Source of the DNA: Dehalococcoidia bacterium
GTDB lineage: Bacteria; Chloroflexota; Dehalococcoidia; Bin125
Direction: 5' to 3'
Assembly (NCBI GenBank): GCA_965221705.1
Contig: OZ244908.1
Span: 283,064-347,063 of the forward strand
Length of the DNA: 64,000 nucleotides
The notes beneath the pieces were generated by a model, which saw only the letters and a list, made by a program, of their open reading frames with translations, searched no databases and had not been told where the DNA came from. This document shows positions 40,068-48,547 of the stretch, piece after piece. Each line of letters opens with the position of its first letter. The stretch's first letter is position 1. The translations under genes and the position numbers were made by a program.

Positions 40068-40702
40068 TTGGCGTAGATCGCCTGCGTGATCAGTTCGCGC
40101 GCGAGCAGAAAATTGAGCAACCCCTCGAGCGTCAAGAGCGAATGCACAGTCACGCCTTCGCGGCGCATCCGCTCCACTCCGCCCGCCCCGCGATCGATCA
40201 GCACGAACGCATCATGCACCATCAAGCCGGCCGAGCGCAGCAAGTCGGCGGTCTCCGACAGCGAGCCGCCGCGCGTCATCAAGTCATCGACCAAAATCAC
40301 GGTCTGACCGGGATAGTACGATCCCTCGATCTCCTCGGCCACATGTCGAATCTGACTGCTCGGATGGACGTAGATCATCGGCACGTTGCTCGATAGCGAG
40401 AACGCCGTCGCCGCGTGCAGTCCGCCCATCGGCACGCCGGCGATCAGCTCAAACGGCGCGATCGTTGGACGCAGCATGCCGCCGAGCATGCGCGTCTCGT
40501 CGTTGAGCAGCTCGCCAATGCGCCTGAGCGCCCAGGGATGCGCGATCAGACGCCGCACGTTGATATAGACCGGAGAGCCGCGCGTCGCGCCGAGGTCGAA
40601 GTCGCCGAACATGATCCCGCCCGAATCCCAAAGGGCCCGCGCCAACCAGAGGTTGCCGGGCTCGTCGCCCTTGGGCGTCCAGGCGGCGCGGCCAGTTGAC
40701 AT
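40025..40702 (-). CDS. pyrE: Orotate phosphoribosyltransferase
   Basis: Type I PRTase PRPP-binding motif VILVDDLMTRGGS. The N-terminus is FGDFDL…SPVYIN, typical of OPRT. Confidence 0.75.
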   Translation of the reverse strand: MSTGRAAWTPKGDEPGNLWLARALWDSGGIMFGDFDLGATRGSPVYINVRRLIAHPWALRRIGELLNDETRMLGGMLRPTIAPFELIAGVPMGGLHAATAFSLSSNVPMIYVHPSSQIRHVAEEIEGSYYPGQTVILVDDLMTRGGSLSETADLLRSAGLMVHDAFVLIDRGAGGVERMRREGVTVHSLLTLEGLLNFLLARELITQAIYAKCLTWLEGVRGGDR

Positions 40703-40709
40703 CAGACGT

Positions 40710-41690
40710 TCACCTGACGCTCACCTGATGCGGCAACGGCTCGCCGAGGATTCCAGCGCGCAGGTTGGCGACCGCCATATCGGCCATCTTCGCTCTCGTC
40801 GCCATTGACGCTGAGCCGATGTGCGGCAGCACGATCACGTTGTCCATGCTCAGCAGCGGCGAGTCCATCGAGAGCGGCTCTTCCTCCGTCACGTCCAGGC
40901 CCGCGCCGCCGAGACGACCGTCGCGCAGCGCGTCGATCAACGCGGCCTCGTCGACGATCGGTCCGCGCGCCGTGTTGACCAATATCGCACTCGGCCGCAT
41001 CTGGCGGAACGCCTCAGCGTCGATCAGGCCACGCGTGTCATTGGTCAACGCGACATTGATCGAGATCACATCCGACTGCGCCAACACCTGCTCGAACGCC
41101 GTCTGTTCCGCGCCGACAGCGGCCGCCTCTTGCGGCCGAGGCGTCCGGTTCCAGCACAGCACGCGCATGTTGAATCCTCGCGCGCGTCTCGCCACCGCCT
41201 GGCCGATAGCGCCGAAGCCGATCAGTCCGAGCGTGGCGCCATGCACATCGACGCCGGCCATCTGCGTCGGCGTCCAGGTGCGCCAGCGGCCCGACTTGAC
41301 GTACTCGGCCGACTCAACCACGCGCCGACTGCTGGCCAGGATCAGCGCCCAGACCATGTCGGCCGTCGTCTCGGTGAGGACGCCCGGCGTGTGACCGACC
41401 GCAATCCCGCGCGCCGAGCAGGCTGCGACGTCGATGTTGTCGACGCCGACCGCCATCTGCGACACGACCTGCAGCTGCGGACCGATGGCGTCGAGCAACG
41501 CCTTGTCAATCTGGTCGGTGATCAGGCAGAGTAGGCCGTCGACCCCGCGCGAGCGCTCGAGCAAGGCGGCGCGGTCGGGCGGGCCGTCCTCGGGCCAGAC
41601 GTCGAGATCGATGGTCGAATCGCGGCGCAGGCCGACAAACCCCTCGCCGGGCAGCTCGCGGGTCGCAAACACTCGCACCGGCCTCGCCAT
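40710..41690 (-). CDS. D-isomer-specific 2-hydroxyacid dehydrogenase (glyoxylate/hydroxypyruvate reductase-like)
   Basis: NAD-binding GLIGFGAIGQAVARR. The catalytic R/E/H layout is present (…NTARG…, HIGSAS). Confidence 0.85.
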   Translation of the reverse strand: MARPVRVFATRELPGEGFVGLRRDSTIDLDVWPEDGPPDRAALLERSRGVDGLLCLITDQIDKALLDAIGPQLQVVSQMAVGVDNIDVAACSARGIAVGHTPGVLTETTADMVWALILASSRRVVESAEYVKSGRWRTWTPTQMAGVDVHGATLGLIGFGAIGQAVARRARGFNMRVLCWNRTPRPQEAAAVGAEQTAFEQVLAQSDVISINVALTNDTRGLIDAEAFRQMRPSAILVNTARGPIVDEAALIDALRDGRLGGAGLDVTEEEPLSMDSPLLSMDNVIVLPHIGSASMATRAKMADMAVANLRAGILGEPLPHQVSVR

Positions 41691-41815
41691 GACCCGCCTT
41701 CCCCCGCGATCCGCCTACGTCAGAATGATAGTCATCGGATCTGACAACGATCAGCAACGATTAGCAACGATCAGCGCGAGCGTTGCGCCCACGACGCAGA
41801 GGAGAGCATCGAGTC

Positions 41816-42259
41816 ATGCAACGAGCGTTCGTTCTGCTCTCCGTGTCTGGCTTGCTCGGCCTGCTCGGCTTGCTCAGTCTGCTCATTGCGGCGTGCGCGA
41901 GCGGCGATCGGCTGACACTCGACGAGTACGCGCGCTTCTGTTCCGACGGCGTCAACTCAGCGGTCAGCGCCATTGAGCCCGAGCAACTCACCTGGGGTGA
42001 ACTCGCCAACGTGGCGCAGCGTTCCGCCGATGCGTTGCGCTCTGTCAGTCCGCCCCAGGATCTGTCGCGATTTCATCGTGAAAGTCTGAGCACGATGGAG
42101 TTCGTCGCCGAGGTCTCAGCCGAGCAACCTGCCGCCGAGCTCGCCAGCCCGCTGGCGTTCGGCCTTAGCGGCATTCGCGTCGCGACGCAGCTGCGCCGCG
42201 CGATCGAGTCACTGCCGACGGACGTGCGTCGGACGCTGGCCGATGCCGGCTGTCTCTGA
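41816..42259 (+). CDS. Hypothetical lipoprotein
   Basis: Signal peptide with lipobox LIAAC. No catalytic motif. Confidence 0.45.
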   Translation: MQRAFVLLSVSGLLGLLGLLSLLIAACASGDRLTLDEYARFCSDGVNSAVSAIEPEQLTWGELANVAQRSADALRSVSPPQDLSRFHRESLSTMEFVAEVSAEQPAAELASPLAFGLSGIRVATQLRRAIESLPTDVRRTLADAGCL

Positions 42260-42279
42260 TGGCCGCGACGCGGAGCATC

Positions 42280-42681
42280 TCAGGCGAGCCGGCGGATGAT
42301 CAGGAGCCCCAGCGGTCCCAGCGCCAAACCGAGGATCCATCCGACCCGCGCCGATCGGCCCGCGCGTGACGTCATCGCCGCGCCGGCGAATCCCATGCCC
42401 ACCCAGATCATCAGCGCCAGCGCGATGATGCCGACGATCACGCCCAGAATCGTGACCGCGAGGCCCAGCGCCGTCGCCAACAGACCCAGCGGTATCCCGA
42501 CCAACCAGAGCGCGAAGCGCTGCAATCGATTGCGTGGTCGACGATTCGCTCGACGCGCCTGCTCGCGCGCCGATCCCGCCCACTGCTGACCGCGGCCGAC
42601 CCAGACGGTCACCATGCGTCGACCGTCGTGCCACTGCAACGACTCGTCGCCGCTCATTCGGCGCGGGCGTTCTTCGGCCAT
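42280..42681 (-). CDS. Hypothetical membrane protein
   Basis: Multiple hydrophobic helices (LWLVGIPLGLLATALGLAVTILGVIVGIIALALMIWVGMGFAGAAM). Confidence 0.4.
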   Translation of the reverse strand: MAEERPRRMSGDESLQWHDGRRMVTVWVGRGQQWAGSAREQARRANRRPRNRLQRFALWLVGIPLGLLATALGLAVTILGVIVGIIALALMIWVGMGFAGAAMTSRAGRSARVGWILGLALGPLGLLIIRRLA

Positions 42682-42715
42682 GGACCCATGCTATGACGTG
42701 CACACAGCGCGCGAC

Positions 42716-43315
42716 TTAGCCCTTGTTGGACTCGTCAGAGCCATCCTGAGTGGCGACGAGATCGATCCGCATCTGCCGTTGATTAACCTCGCCGTTGCCC
42801 TGATATCGCGGCCGATACTCCGACTGCCGCCCTTGAATCTGAGCCGTGTGCATGCGGTCGTGCCGATAGAACGATCGCAGCCACTGCATCAGAGTCAGTT
42901 CCCCGAACGCCTGCGTCGAGGCCGTGTGCGCGAACTCGTCCAACGTCAACGAGTTGATGAACTCAATCGTGCCCGCCCGCTCCGTGATCAGCGCGTCGAG
43001 CAATTCCCGCACCGAGTGTCGGGGCGCTTCCTGAATCGGGATGGCGACCGGTTCGCCGCGAATGCCGGTCGCGTCGACGCCGCTCTCGACCCGTCCCGCT
43101 CGACACCATGCGATGTAGCCGCGCTCCATCTCCCACAGGTGCGAGAGCTGCTCTTTCGCCGTCCACTGTTCCTCGCCGACGGCGTCGACCGGAACATGAT
43201 TGGCGTCGTCGTCGCTCAAGCCCTCGGCGGCGGCCAACAGCTTGGAGCGCTCATTCGCCATCTTCTCCAACAGCGACTCGACATCGTCTTGGGTGTACGA
43301 CACGGTCTCAGTCAT
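42716..43315 (-). CDS. DinB-family protein (DinB_2-like four-helix bundle), paralog 1
   Basis: LSHLWEMERGY… and …FYRHDRMHTAQI His-containing motifs. The ATG overlaps the stop of paralog 2 (ATGA). Confidence 0.5.
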   Translation of the reverse strand: MTETVSYTQDDVESLLEKMANERSKLLAAAEGLSDDDANHVPVDAVGEEQWTAKEQLSHLWEMERGYIAWCRAGRVESGVDATGIRGEPVAIPIQEAPRHSVRELLDALITERAGTIEFINSLTLDEFAHTASTQAFGELTLMQWLRSFYRHDRMHTAQIQGRQSEYRPRYQGNGEVNQRQMRIDLVATQDGSDESNKG

Positions 43316-43818
43316 GTTGCGATCCCTTCGCCCCGCGCGGCGCATTGCATCTGATCCAGGTGCGCGAGATCATGCTCGATGCTGCGATGCACCAGAATCT
43401 CGACGCTGTACTGATCGCGCTCTTCGTGTCGACCCTCGCGCGACCATTCCGATGGTTCGAGCCGTTCGACGATCTCGGCGTTCGATGCCCGCAGCGAAGC
43501 AAAGATAGCGAGCGACGACTCCAGCGGGCGTTCGTAGTGCAGGCGTTGCGCAAACAAAGTCTCGTCGTAGGCGACGATCAGCGGGGCATCGTGCGCGATC
43601 ATCATCCGCAGACGCATCGCATCGCCGACCTCAACGTCGGCCAGATGATGCACGATCTCGCGTACGCGCCACTCGCCCTTTGACTCGCGCAGTTCATGGA
43701 CGGATTCGCCGGGCTTGGCGAGCCAGTCGTTGATCTGCAGCACCGTCTCCCGATACCGCCCGAGCAGGGCCAAACGTTCGGAGTCGACCATCAGGCTTCG
43801 CCCGATCGCTGTCAGCAA
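43312..43818 (-). CDS. DinB-family protein, paralog 2
   Basis: IVHHLADVEV… and HDLAHLDQM motifs. Confidence 0.55.
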   Translation of the reverse strand: MLTAIGRSLMVDSERLALLGRYRETVLQINDWLAKPGESVHELRESKGEWRVREIVHHLADVEVGDAMRLRMMIAHDAPLIVAYDETLFAQRLHYERPLESSLAIFASLRASNAEIVERLEPSEWSREGRHEERDQYSVEILVHRSIEHDLAHLDQMQCAARGEGIAT

Positions 43819-44303
43819 GTGCCGGTGAGGGCGAATCGAATCTGGTCGACGTGCTCCTCAATGTGGCGCACGTTCGCCGCCAACCACTCTTCGACGCTGC
43901 GCGAGCTGGCGCCGGGCATCGGTCGAGGCTGCGTCCACTCGTCCTCGCGCAGCGCAGCCAGGATTGACATCGCCGACTCGACCAATGCCTCGAACGTGTG
44001 CAGCGCGGGCGTGATCGGCCGTCGATCGTTGCGCAGACGACGCTGCATCACGTCTTGATCGAGCGGCCAGTACTCGACTTCGATGTCGAGCAGCATCATG
44101 CGCAGCCGCAGCGCGCCCATGATGGCGATGTCGGAGACGTGATGGACGTTCTCCCGCGCCGTCCAGCCGGGCTCGGGCGGAGCGCCGTCGAGCTGCGCCA
44201 TCGAAGCCCCCGCGACCGACGCCGCGAGCAGTTGCGGCGCCTCCTTGTAACGGTTCAGCAACTCAGTGCGACTGGTCGTCGTCATCGTCCGAGCAAGCGC
44301 CAC
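43812..44303 (-). CDS. DinB-family protein, paralog 3
   Basis: ENVHHVSDIAIMG… and HIEEHVDQI motifs. Overlaps paralog 2 by 7 nt. Confidence 0.55.
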   Translation of the reverse strand: MALARTMTTTSRTELLNRYKEAPQLLAASVAGASMAQLDGAPPEPGWTARENVHHVSDIAIMGALRLRMMLLDIEVEYWPLDQDVMQRRLRNDRRPITPALHTFEALVESAMSILAALREDEWTQPRPMPGASSRSVEEWLAANVRHIEEHVDQIRFALTGTC

Positions 44304-44313
44304 AGCGTGGGAA

Positions 44314-44982
44314 TCACGACAGCCGACCCTTGACGATGCTCGCCAGTCGTCTCAGATCGTCGTCGTCGAGCGCGCCCGACGGTTCCGAGTCGCCACGCAC
44401 GACGGCCAGTATGTCGCCTGCCGCCCAGCGCAGCTCGAGCATCCGCTGCACCGTCTCGCCCCGCTCCACACGAGTCCACTCGCGAGCGAGCAGACCGCCG
44501 TGTTCGCCTCCGTCGACGACGCTCACACTCTCATCGCCCGCGTCGAGCGACGGTGCCGCCTCGAGCGCGGCCGACGCCTGCTCGGACGTTTCGTAGCGCG
44601 TCAGCTCGACCTCAACGCGACGGTGCGCTCGATTGCGAAACAGGGTTTGCGCTAGCGCCCAGTCGACAAACTCGCCCCACGATCGTGGGTCGCGATAGCT
44701 CTCTCGATAGCCGATCACTCGTCCCGAATCATCGAGCTGGGTGATGGTCGCCTGCGGATTGTCATCTGCCAGCGCGAGCTCCTCTGAGGTCACCGCCTCG
44801 GCGCTCTGCGGACGCAGCCCGGGCGGTAACTCGTCGGATTGCAGACCGGCCGCGCGCAGCTCGGGCACGCCGTCGGCGGCGAGCGAGCGTCGACGCTGCA
44901 ACGAACGAATCAGCGCCTGCAAGATCGGCACGCCGACCACAAGCAGAATGATTATGATCCCGACGATCAGTCCCGTAGACAT
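44314..44982 (-). CDS. Hypothetical membrane-anchored protein
   Basis: N-terminal TM (LIVGIIIILLVVGVPIL). The rest of the protein has no recognised motif. Confidence 0.4.
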   Translation of the reverse strand: MSTGLIVGIIIILLVVGVPILQALIRSLQRRRSLAADGVPELRAAGLQSDELPPGLRPQSAEAVTSEELALADDNPQATITQLDDSGRVIGYRESYRDPRSWGEFVDWALAQTLFRNRAHRRVEVELTRYETSEQASAALEAAPSLDAGDESVSVVDGGEHGGLLAREWTRVERGETVQRMLELRWAAGDILAVVRGDSEPSGALDDDDLRRLASIVKGRLS

Positions 44983-45046
44983 GGGCTCAGGCTACCGCAG
45001 AGTGAGATACACGCGGCATGCGCGGGTATGACGAACCTGCGAGACC

Positions 45047-45090
45047 TCTCCGCCCGACGGGGTGAGGGTGAGGGGGCCTCCGGCCCCGTA
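45047..45090. repeat. Family 1 repeat fragment (ggggtgagggtgagggggcctccggcccc)
   Basis: A partial copy of the ggtgaggggg arm, downstream of the HAD gene. Confidence 0.5.
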
Positions 45091-45092
45091 GC

Positions 45093-45752
45093 TCAGTCGA
45101 ACAACGCCGAGAGCGTCATCTGCAGGTCCGAGAAGTCGTCGAGAATCGCGTCCGCTTCGTCGAGGTCGCCCGGGTTGTGATAGCCGGTGCGGACCGCGAC
45201 GACCTTGGCGCCGATGTCATGGCCGGCCTCGACGTCGTGCCGAGTGTCGCCGATCACGACGACATCCGCGTCGTCGTCGGCGTGGGCTCGCAGACGCTCG
45301 AGTCCGGCGATCAGCAACGACGTGCGATTCGAGTGGTCATCGCCAAAGCCACCATCGACGAAGTAATCCCAGATCCCCAGCGGTCCGAGCTTGGCTTCGG
45401 CCGCGCGACGAAAGTTGCCCGTGCCCAGGCCGATCGTGACCGACTCGCCCTTGAGCGTCTCGAGCAGCTCTGACACGCCGGCGCAGAGCCGCGCGTCGCG
45501 TTCGATCAGCGTGTCGGCTAGATGCGGGACGTAACAGTCGACGAACCGCGCGATGTCCTCGGCGGTGCAGTCGCGGCCCTGGCGCGAGAGCGCCGTCGGC
45601 ACGATCCAGCTGTCGCTGCGCCCGGCGAAGTTCATCCCCTCAAGCGCCTGCTCGATGCCCCACAGCTCCTCAAACGCGCGCGACATCGCGAGCGTCCCCG
45701 CGCCCTGCGACAGCGACAACGTGCCGTCGATGTCGAACATCAGGATCGTCAT
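45093..45752 (-). CDS. HAD-family hydrolase (phosphoglycolate phosphatase-like, subfamily IA)
   Basis: FDIDGTL motif I and the subsequent HAD motifs (…GLGTGN…, GDTRHD). Confidence 0.8.
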   Translation of the reverse strand: MTILMFDIDGTLSLSQGAGTLAMSRAFEELWGIEQALEGMNFAGRSDSWIVPTALSRQGRDCTAEDIARFVDCYVPHLADTLIERDARLCAGVSELLETLKGESVTIGLGTGNFRRAAEAKLGPLGIWDYFVDGGFGDDHSNRTSLLIAGLERLRAHADDDADVVVIGDTRHDVEAGHDIGAKVVAVRTGYHNPGDLDEADAILDDFSDLQMTLSALFD

Positions 45753-45795
45753 GCCGACAACCTCTCGCGGCTCGAACCCATTCGTCCGAGCCGAA

Positions 45796-46368
45796 TCACT
45801 CGACGAGCGCGAAGTCGGTCCAACCGCCCGAGACGCGCAACTGCAATCCCGTCGCGTCGAGCGGAATGTCGTAGACGGCGATCACTGTGATCGTCAGCAG
45901 CGGCTGCAGCACCAGCGGCGGCGCGTAGGCGACGCGATCGTGAACGCGCGCGGCCCCCGACGAAAGCGCCGCGTCTGCCAGGTAGGCGCGTCCGTCGACG
46001 GTGACCAACTGCAGACCGTCGATTGGCAGCGTGAGTGCCTGCTTCGAGCGGTTGGTGATCGTCAGCTGCACCAGCGCGAAGCGCTCGGCCGGACTACGCC
46101 AAATGCCCTCAGCGCGAATCTGATCGGGGAAGCTGATCCCGTCGATGCTGACCTCGAGCGAACCGACCAACGACGGATCGCCGAGCGGCACGGCGTCTGG
46201 CTCAATCTCGCTGACTTCTACGGCTGCGGCCGCCTGCCCCTCGTCGTCGGAGCCGCCGCCAGTGAGATCGTCAAGGCCGCCCGAGGCGAACAGGTAGACC
46301 ACCACCACAACGACCACAACCAGGACGAACAGCGCGTAGCGCTGCGTCCCGCTCAAGCCACTCAGCAT
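45796..46368 (-). CDS. DUF4352-like membrane-anchored protein
   Basis: N-terminal TM (poly-Val). Beta-rich C-terminal domain with FALVQLTITN…YDIP. Confidence 0.45.
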   Translation of the reverse strand: MLSGLSGTQRYALFVLVVVVVVVVYLFASGGLDDLTGGGSDDEGQAAAAVEVSEIEPDAVPLGDPSLVGSLEVSIDGISFPDQIRAEGIWRSPAERFALVQLTITNRSKQALTLPIDGLQLVTVDGRAYLADAALSSGAARVHDRVAYAPPLVLQPLLTITVIAVYDIPLDATGLQLRVSGGWTDFALVE

Positions 46369-46401
46369 CGGAGATGGTCCGAGTCGGCCACGCTGCGCAG
46401 G

Positions 46402-46749
46402 CTAGGCCGAAGGGACTTCGGTCGGCAGGCCGGCCGCGATCCAGGCCTCAGTGCCGCCCTCGACGTTGTAGAGGTCGGTGAATCCCAACGCGGCGGCGAA
46501 CTCACAGGCGACGGCGGAGCGCTGTCCCTTGGCGCAGATGAACATGATCGGCTGGTCTTTGCCGCCGGCGATCTGTTCCAGCTCGTCCGCGCGAGTCATC
46601 ACTGACATATGCGGCATCAACGGCGCGCCGGCCGCGTGGCCGTCCTGATACTCGTCCAACTCGCGGGTGTCGACCAAGGTGACGCCGGCCTGGCGCTTCG
46701 CCTCGGCGTCCTCGACCGATATCCGCTGAAATGGTTCCTGCTGAGCCAT
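46402..46749 (-). CDS. Single-domain rhodanese (sulfurtransferase)
   Basis: Active-site Cys loop FICAKGQRS. DTRE…Y..GH pattern. Confidence 0.8.
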   Translation of the reverse strand: MAQQEPFQRISVEDAEAKRQAGVTLVDTRELDEYQDGHAAGAPLMPHMSVMTRADELEQIAGGKDQPIMFICAKGQRSAVACEFAAALGFTDLYNVEGGTEAWIAAGLPTEVPSA

Positions 46750-46809
46750 CGTTCGCCCTCTCAAATCGGCTAGGTCGGGCTGTCGACAATCGTACCACCG
46801 AGACGGGAG

Positions 46810-46850
46810 CGGCCCCTCACCCCAACTCTCTCCCCGCCGGGGAGAGGGAA
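46810..46850. repeat. Family 1 repeat, short copy (ccctcaccccaactctctccccgccggggagaggg)
   Basis: The ctctcccc/ggggagag hairpin preceded by the ccctcacccc arm. Confidence 0.6.
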
Positions 46851-46977
46851 CTGGATGCTCGTCATACCCGCGCTTGCCGCAAGTATCTCTCCGCGTCGAC
46901 CTCTGACCTCCGGCACAGCGAGATGGCCTTGGCGGAGCACGGCCATGACGTCGTAGATGCGCGCCCGACAGGCCACA

Positions 46978-47964
46978 TCAGCCGCCAACGAACCACACCT
47001 CGTCGTCAACGCGGACGAGGAACTCCGTCGATCCAGGAGCGGCCTCGCCGCCAACCTCGGCGTAGCCCAACCAGACCGCGCCCGTCCACGTCCAGATGGC
47101 GACCGCTCCGTGCTCGCGGGCGAGCGAGAGGACGAGCGCAGCGCTCCACGGCGGACGTTGAGTCCTCGGTAGCGTGACACGGACTGCTCGACCCTCGCGC
47201 TCGACATCGACCAGGCCCAACTCATAGTCGACCAGCTCGGAAGGCGTCTCGACGTCGTCGCTCACTTGATCGGCAGACGCTGCGCCGCAGTCGCGACTGA
47301 GGGCGGCTCGATTGGCATCACGCTCGGCGGGATCGGTCAGCAATCCGTATCGCGCCTTGACGTCAATCGTGACTCTGGCGATCAGCTTGCGCTCTGCGCA
47401 AGATCCAGATCGCCACTCGGCGAGATCGTGGTCGGACTTGCTGATGTTCGTCGATGCGTCGAGGCACCACATGTTGGATACGTCGTTGGCGAACTCGCGC
47501 TTCCGCGCGAGCGACCAGCCGGCCGCGCCAGAGTAGAACGCCTCCTTGAGCGCGACGACATGATCGACGTGTTCTGAGCTGGAGCATCCGAGCAAGCGCC
47601 GCGCCCTGGACGAGTCGTAGCTCCAGTTATCGCGGTCATAGGTGAGGCTTGCTGCGCCGAAGTCCTCTCCAGGCCAGAGCGGGTTGCTCTCACATCCGAC
47701 GCCGTCACCGTCGCCGTCGTGACGACCGTGTCCGTCGAGGATCTTGTAGGGCCAGTGATCATCGCAGGCGCCGTCGGCCGACACAGGCGCGGCGCCGCCG
47801 TCGAGCAGCGCCAATAGTGACACGAAAGTCAACGCGGCAAGCAACAGAGCCGCAGCTTTGCGGCTGCTGAATCCAGCGCCGGTCGATGAAGGGCGTCCCT
47901 CTGCGGTTGAATGTGCCTCGCCAAACTGAAGGTAGACTTGCCGAGAGGAGTGAGTCATGACCAC
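46978..47964 (-). CDS. Secreted protein with an Excalibur Ca-binding motif and a DUF1524 (GmrSD C-terminal/HNH-like nuclease) domain
   Basis: Signal peptide. DGDGDGVGCE Excalibur motif. HVDHVVAL…N…N His-Me-finger-like DUF1524 pattern. Confidence 0.6.
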   Translation of the reverse strand: MVMTHSSRQVYLQFGEAHSTAEGRPSSTGAGFSSRKAAALLLAALTFVSLLALLDGGAAPVSADGACDDHWPYKILDGHGRHDGDGDGVGCESNPLWPGEDFGAASLTYDRDNWSYDSSRARRLLGCSSSEHVDHVVALKEAFYSGAAGWSLARKREFANDVSNMWCLDASTNISKSDHDLAEWRSGSCAERKLIARVTIDVKARYGLLTDPAERDANRAALSRDCGAASADQVSDDVETPSELVDYELGLVDVEREGRAVRVTLPRTQRPPWSAALVLSLAREHGAVAIWTWTGAVWLGYAEVGGEAAPGSTEFLVRVDDEVWFVGG

Positions 47965-48265
47965 CGTACCTGCGTCTCCACTTGCGTCCAGCGAACGAAA
48001 ACCGGAGCTTCAAGCGCTTTCGCTCGAGTTCCTGGAGCACTTCGCCGAGTACTTGGCGAAGGATCGCCAGGAAGCAATAGGCAAAGACATCAAGCTTCCG
48101 CTCGGCGTCGTCATCAGCGGCGGAGTTGAGGACTTCCCTGCCAAGGATGACAAGGAGACGAGTGGCCTGCTGATCCTTGCCGCTGGCTACATCTCCCGCG
48201 TCGACTCTCACGCACAGCTAGAGAAGATCTTCGAGATGATGGAGGTCCAGGTAGACAATGCCTGA
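47957..48265 (+). CDS. Small hypothetical protein (102 aa) in a lower-GC segment
   Basis: GC about 57% against a ~68% background. Protein-like composition. Overlaps the next small ORF by ATGCCTGA. Confidence 0.35.
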   Translation: MTTVPASPLASSERKPELQALSLEFLEHFAEYLAKDRQEAIGKDIKLPLGVVISGGVEDFPAKDDKETSGLLILAAGYISRVDSHAQLEKIFEMMEVQVDNA

Positions 48266-48497
48266 TTCTGATGCTGAAAGCCCTTCGCCGCCGACTCCCC
48301 CGGTGCCATCCTTCAACGTGAACGTGATCAACTCGCCAGAAACAACCTCCGCGAGTTCGAGCAATGCTCGCCAGACCGCGATCTTCGGATTTCAGCTGGG
48401 AAAGACCGAAACGAGACTCGTCGCCTGGAGCTTGCTTGTTCTGAGTTTCGTCAACGTGATCTTTGGCGGTCTGAGGCTGGTCGGCATCGGCGGGTAG
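48258..48497 (+). CDS. Small hypothetical membrane protein (79 aa)
   Basis: C-terminal hydrophobic helix (LVAWSLLVLSFVNVIFGGLRLVGIGG). Translationally coupled to the preceding ORF. Confidence 0.3.
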   Translation: MPDSDAESPSPPTPPVPSFNVNVINSPETTSASSSNARQTAIFGFQLGKTETRLVAWSLLVLSFVNVIFGGLRLVGIGG

Positions 48498-48547
48498 CGT
48501 TCCATAGCTAGCGGCCAGAGTAGACAAGTAGGGACGAGGACAACGCG

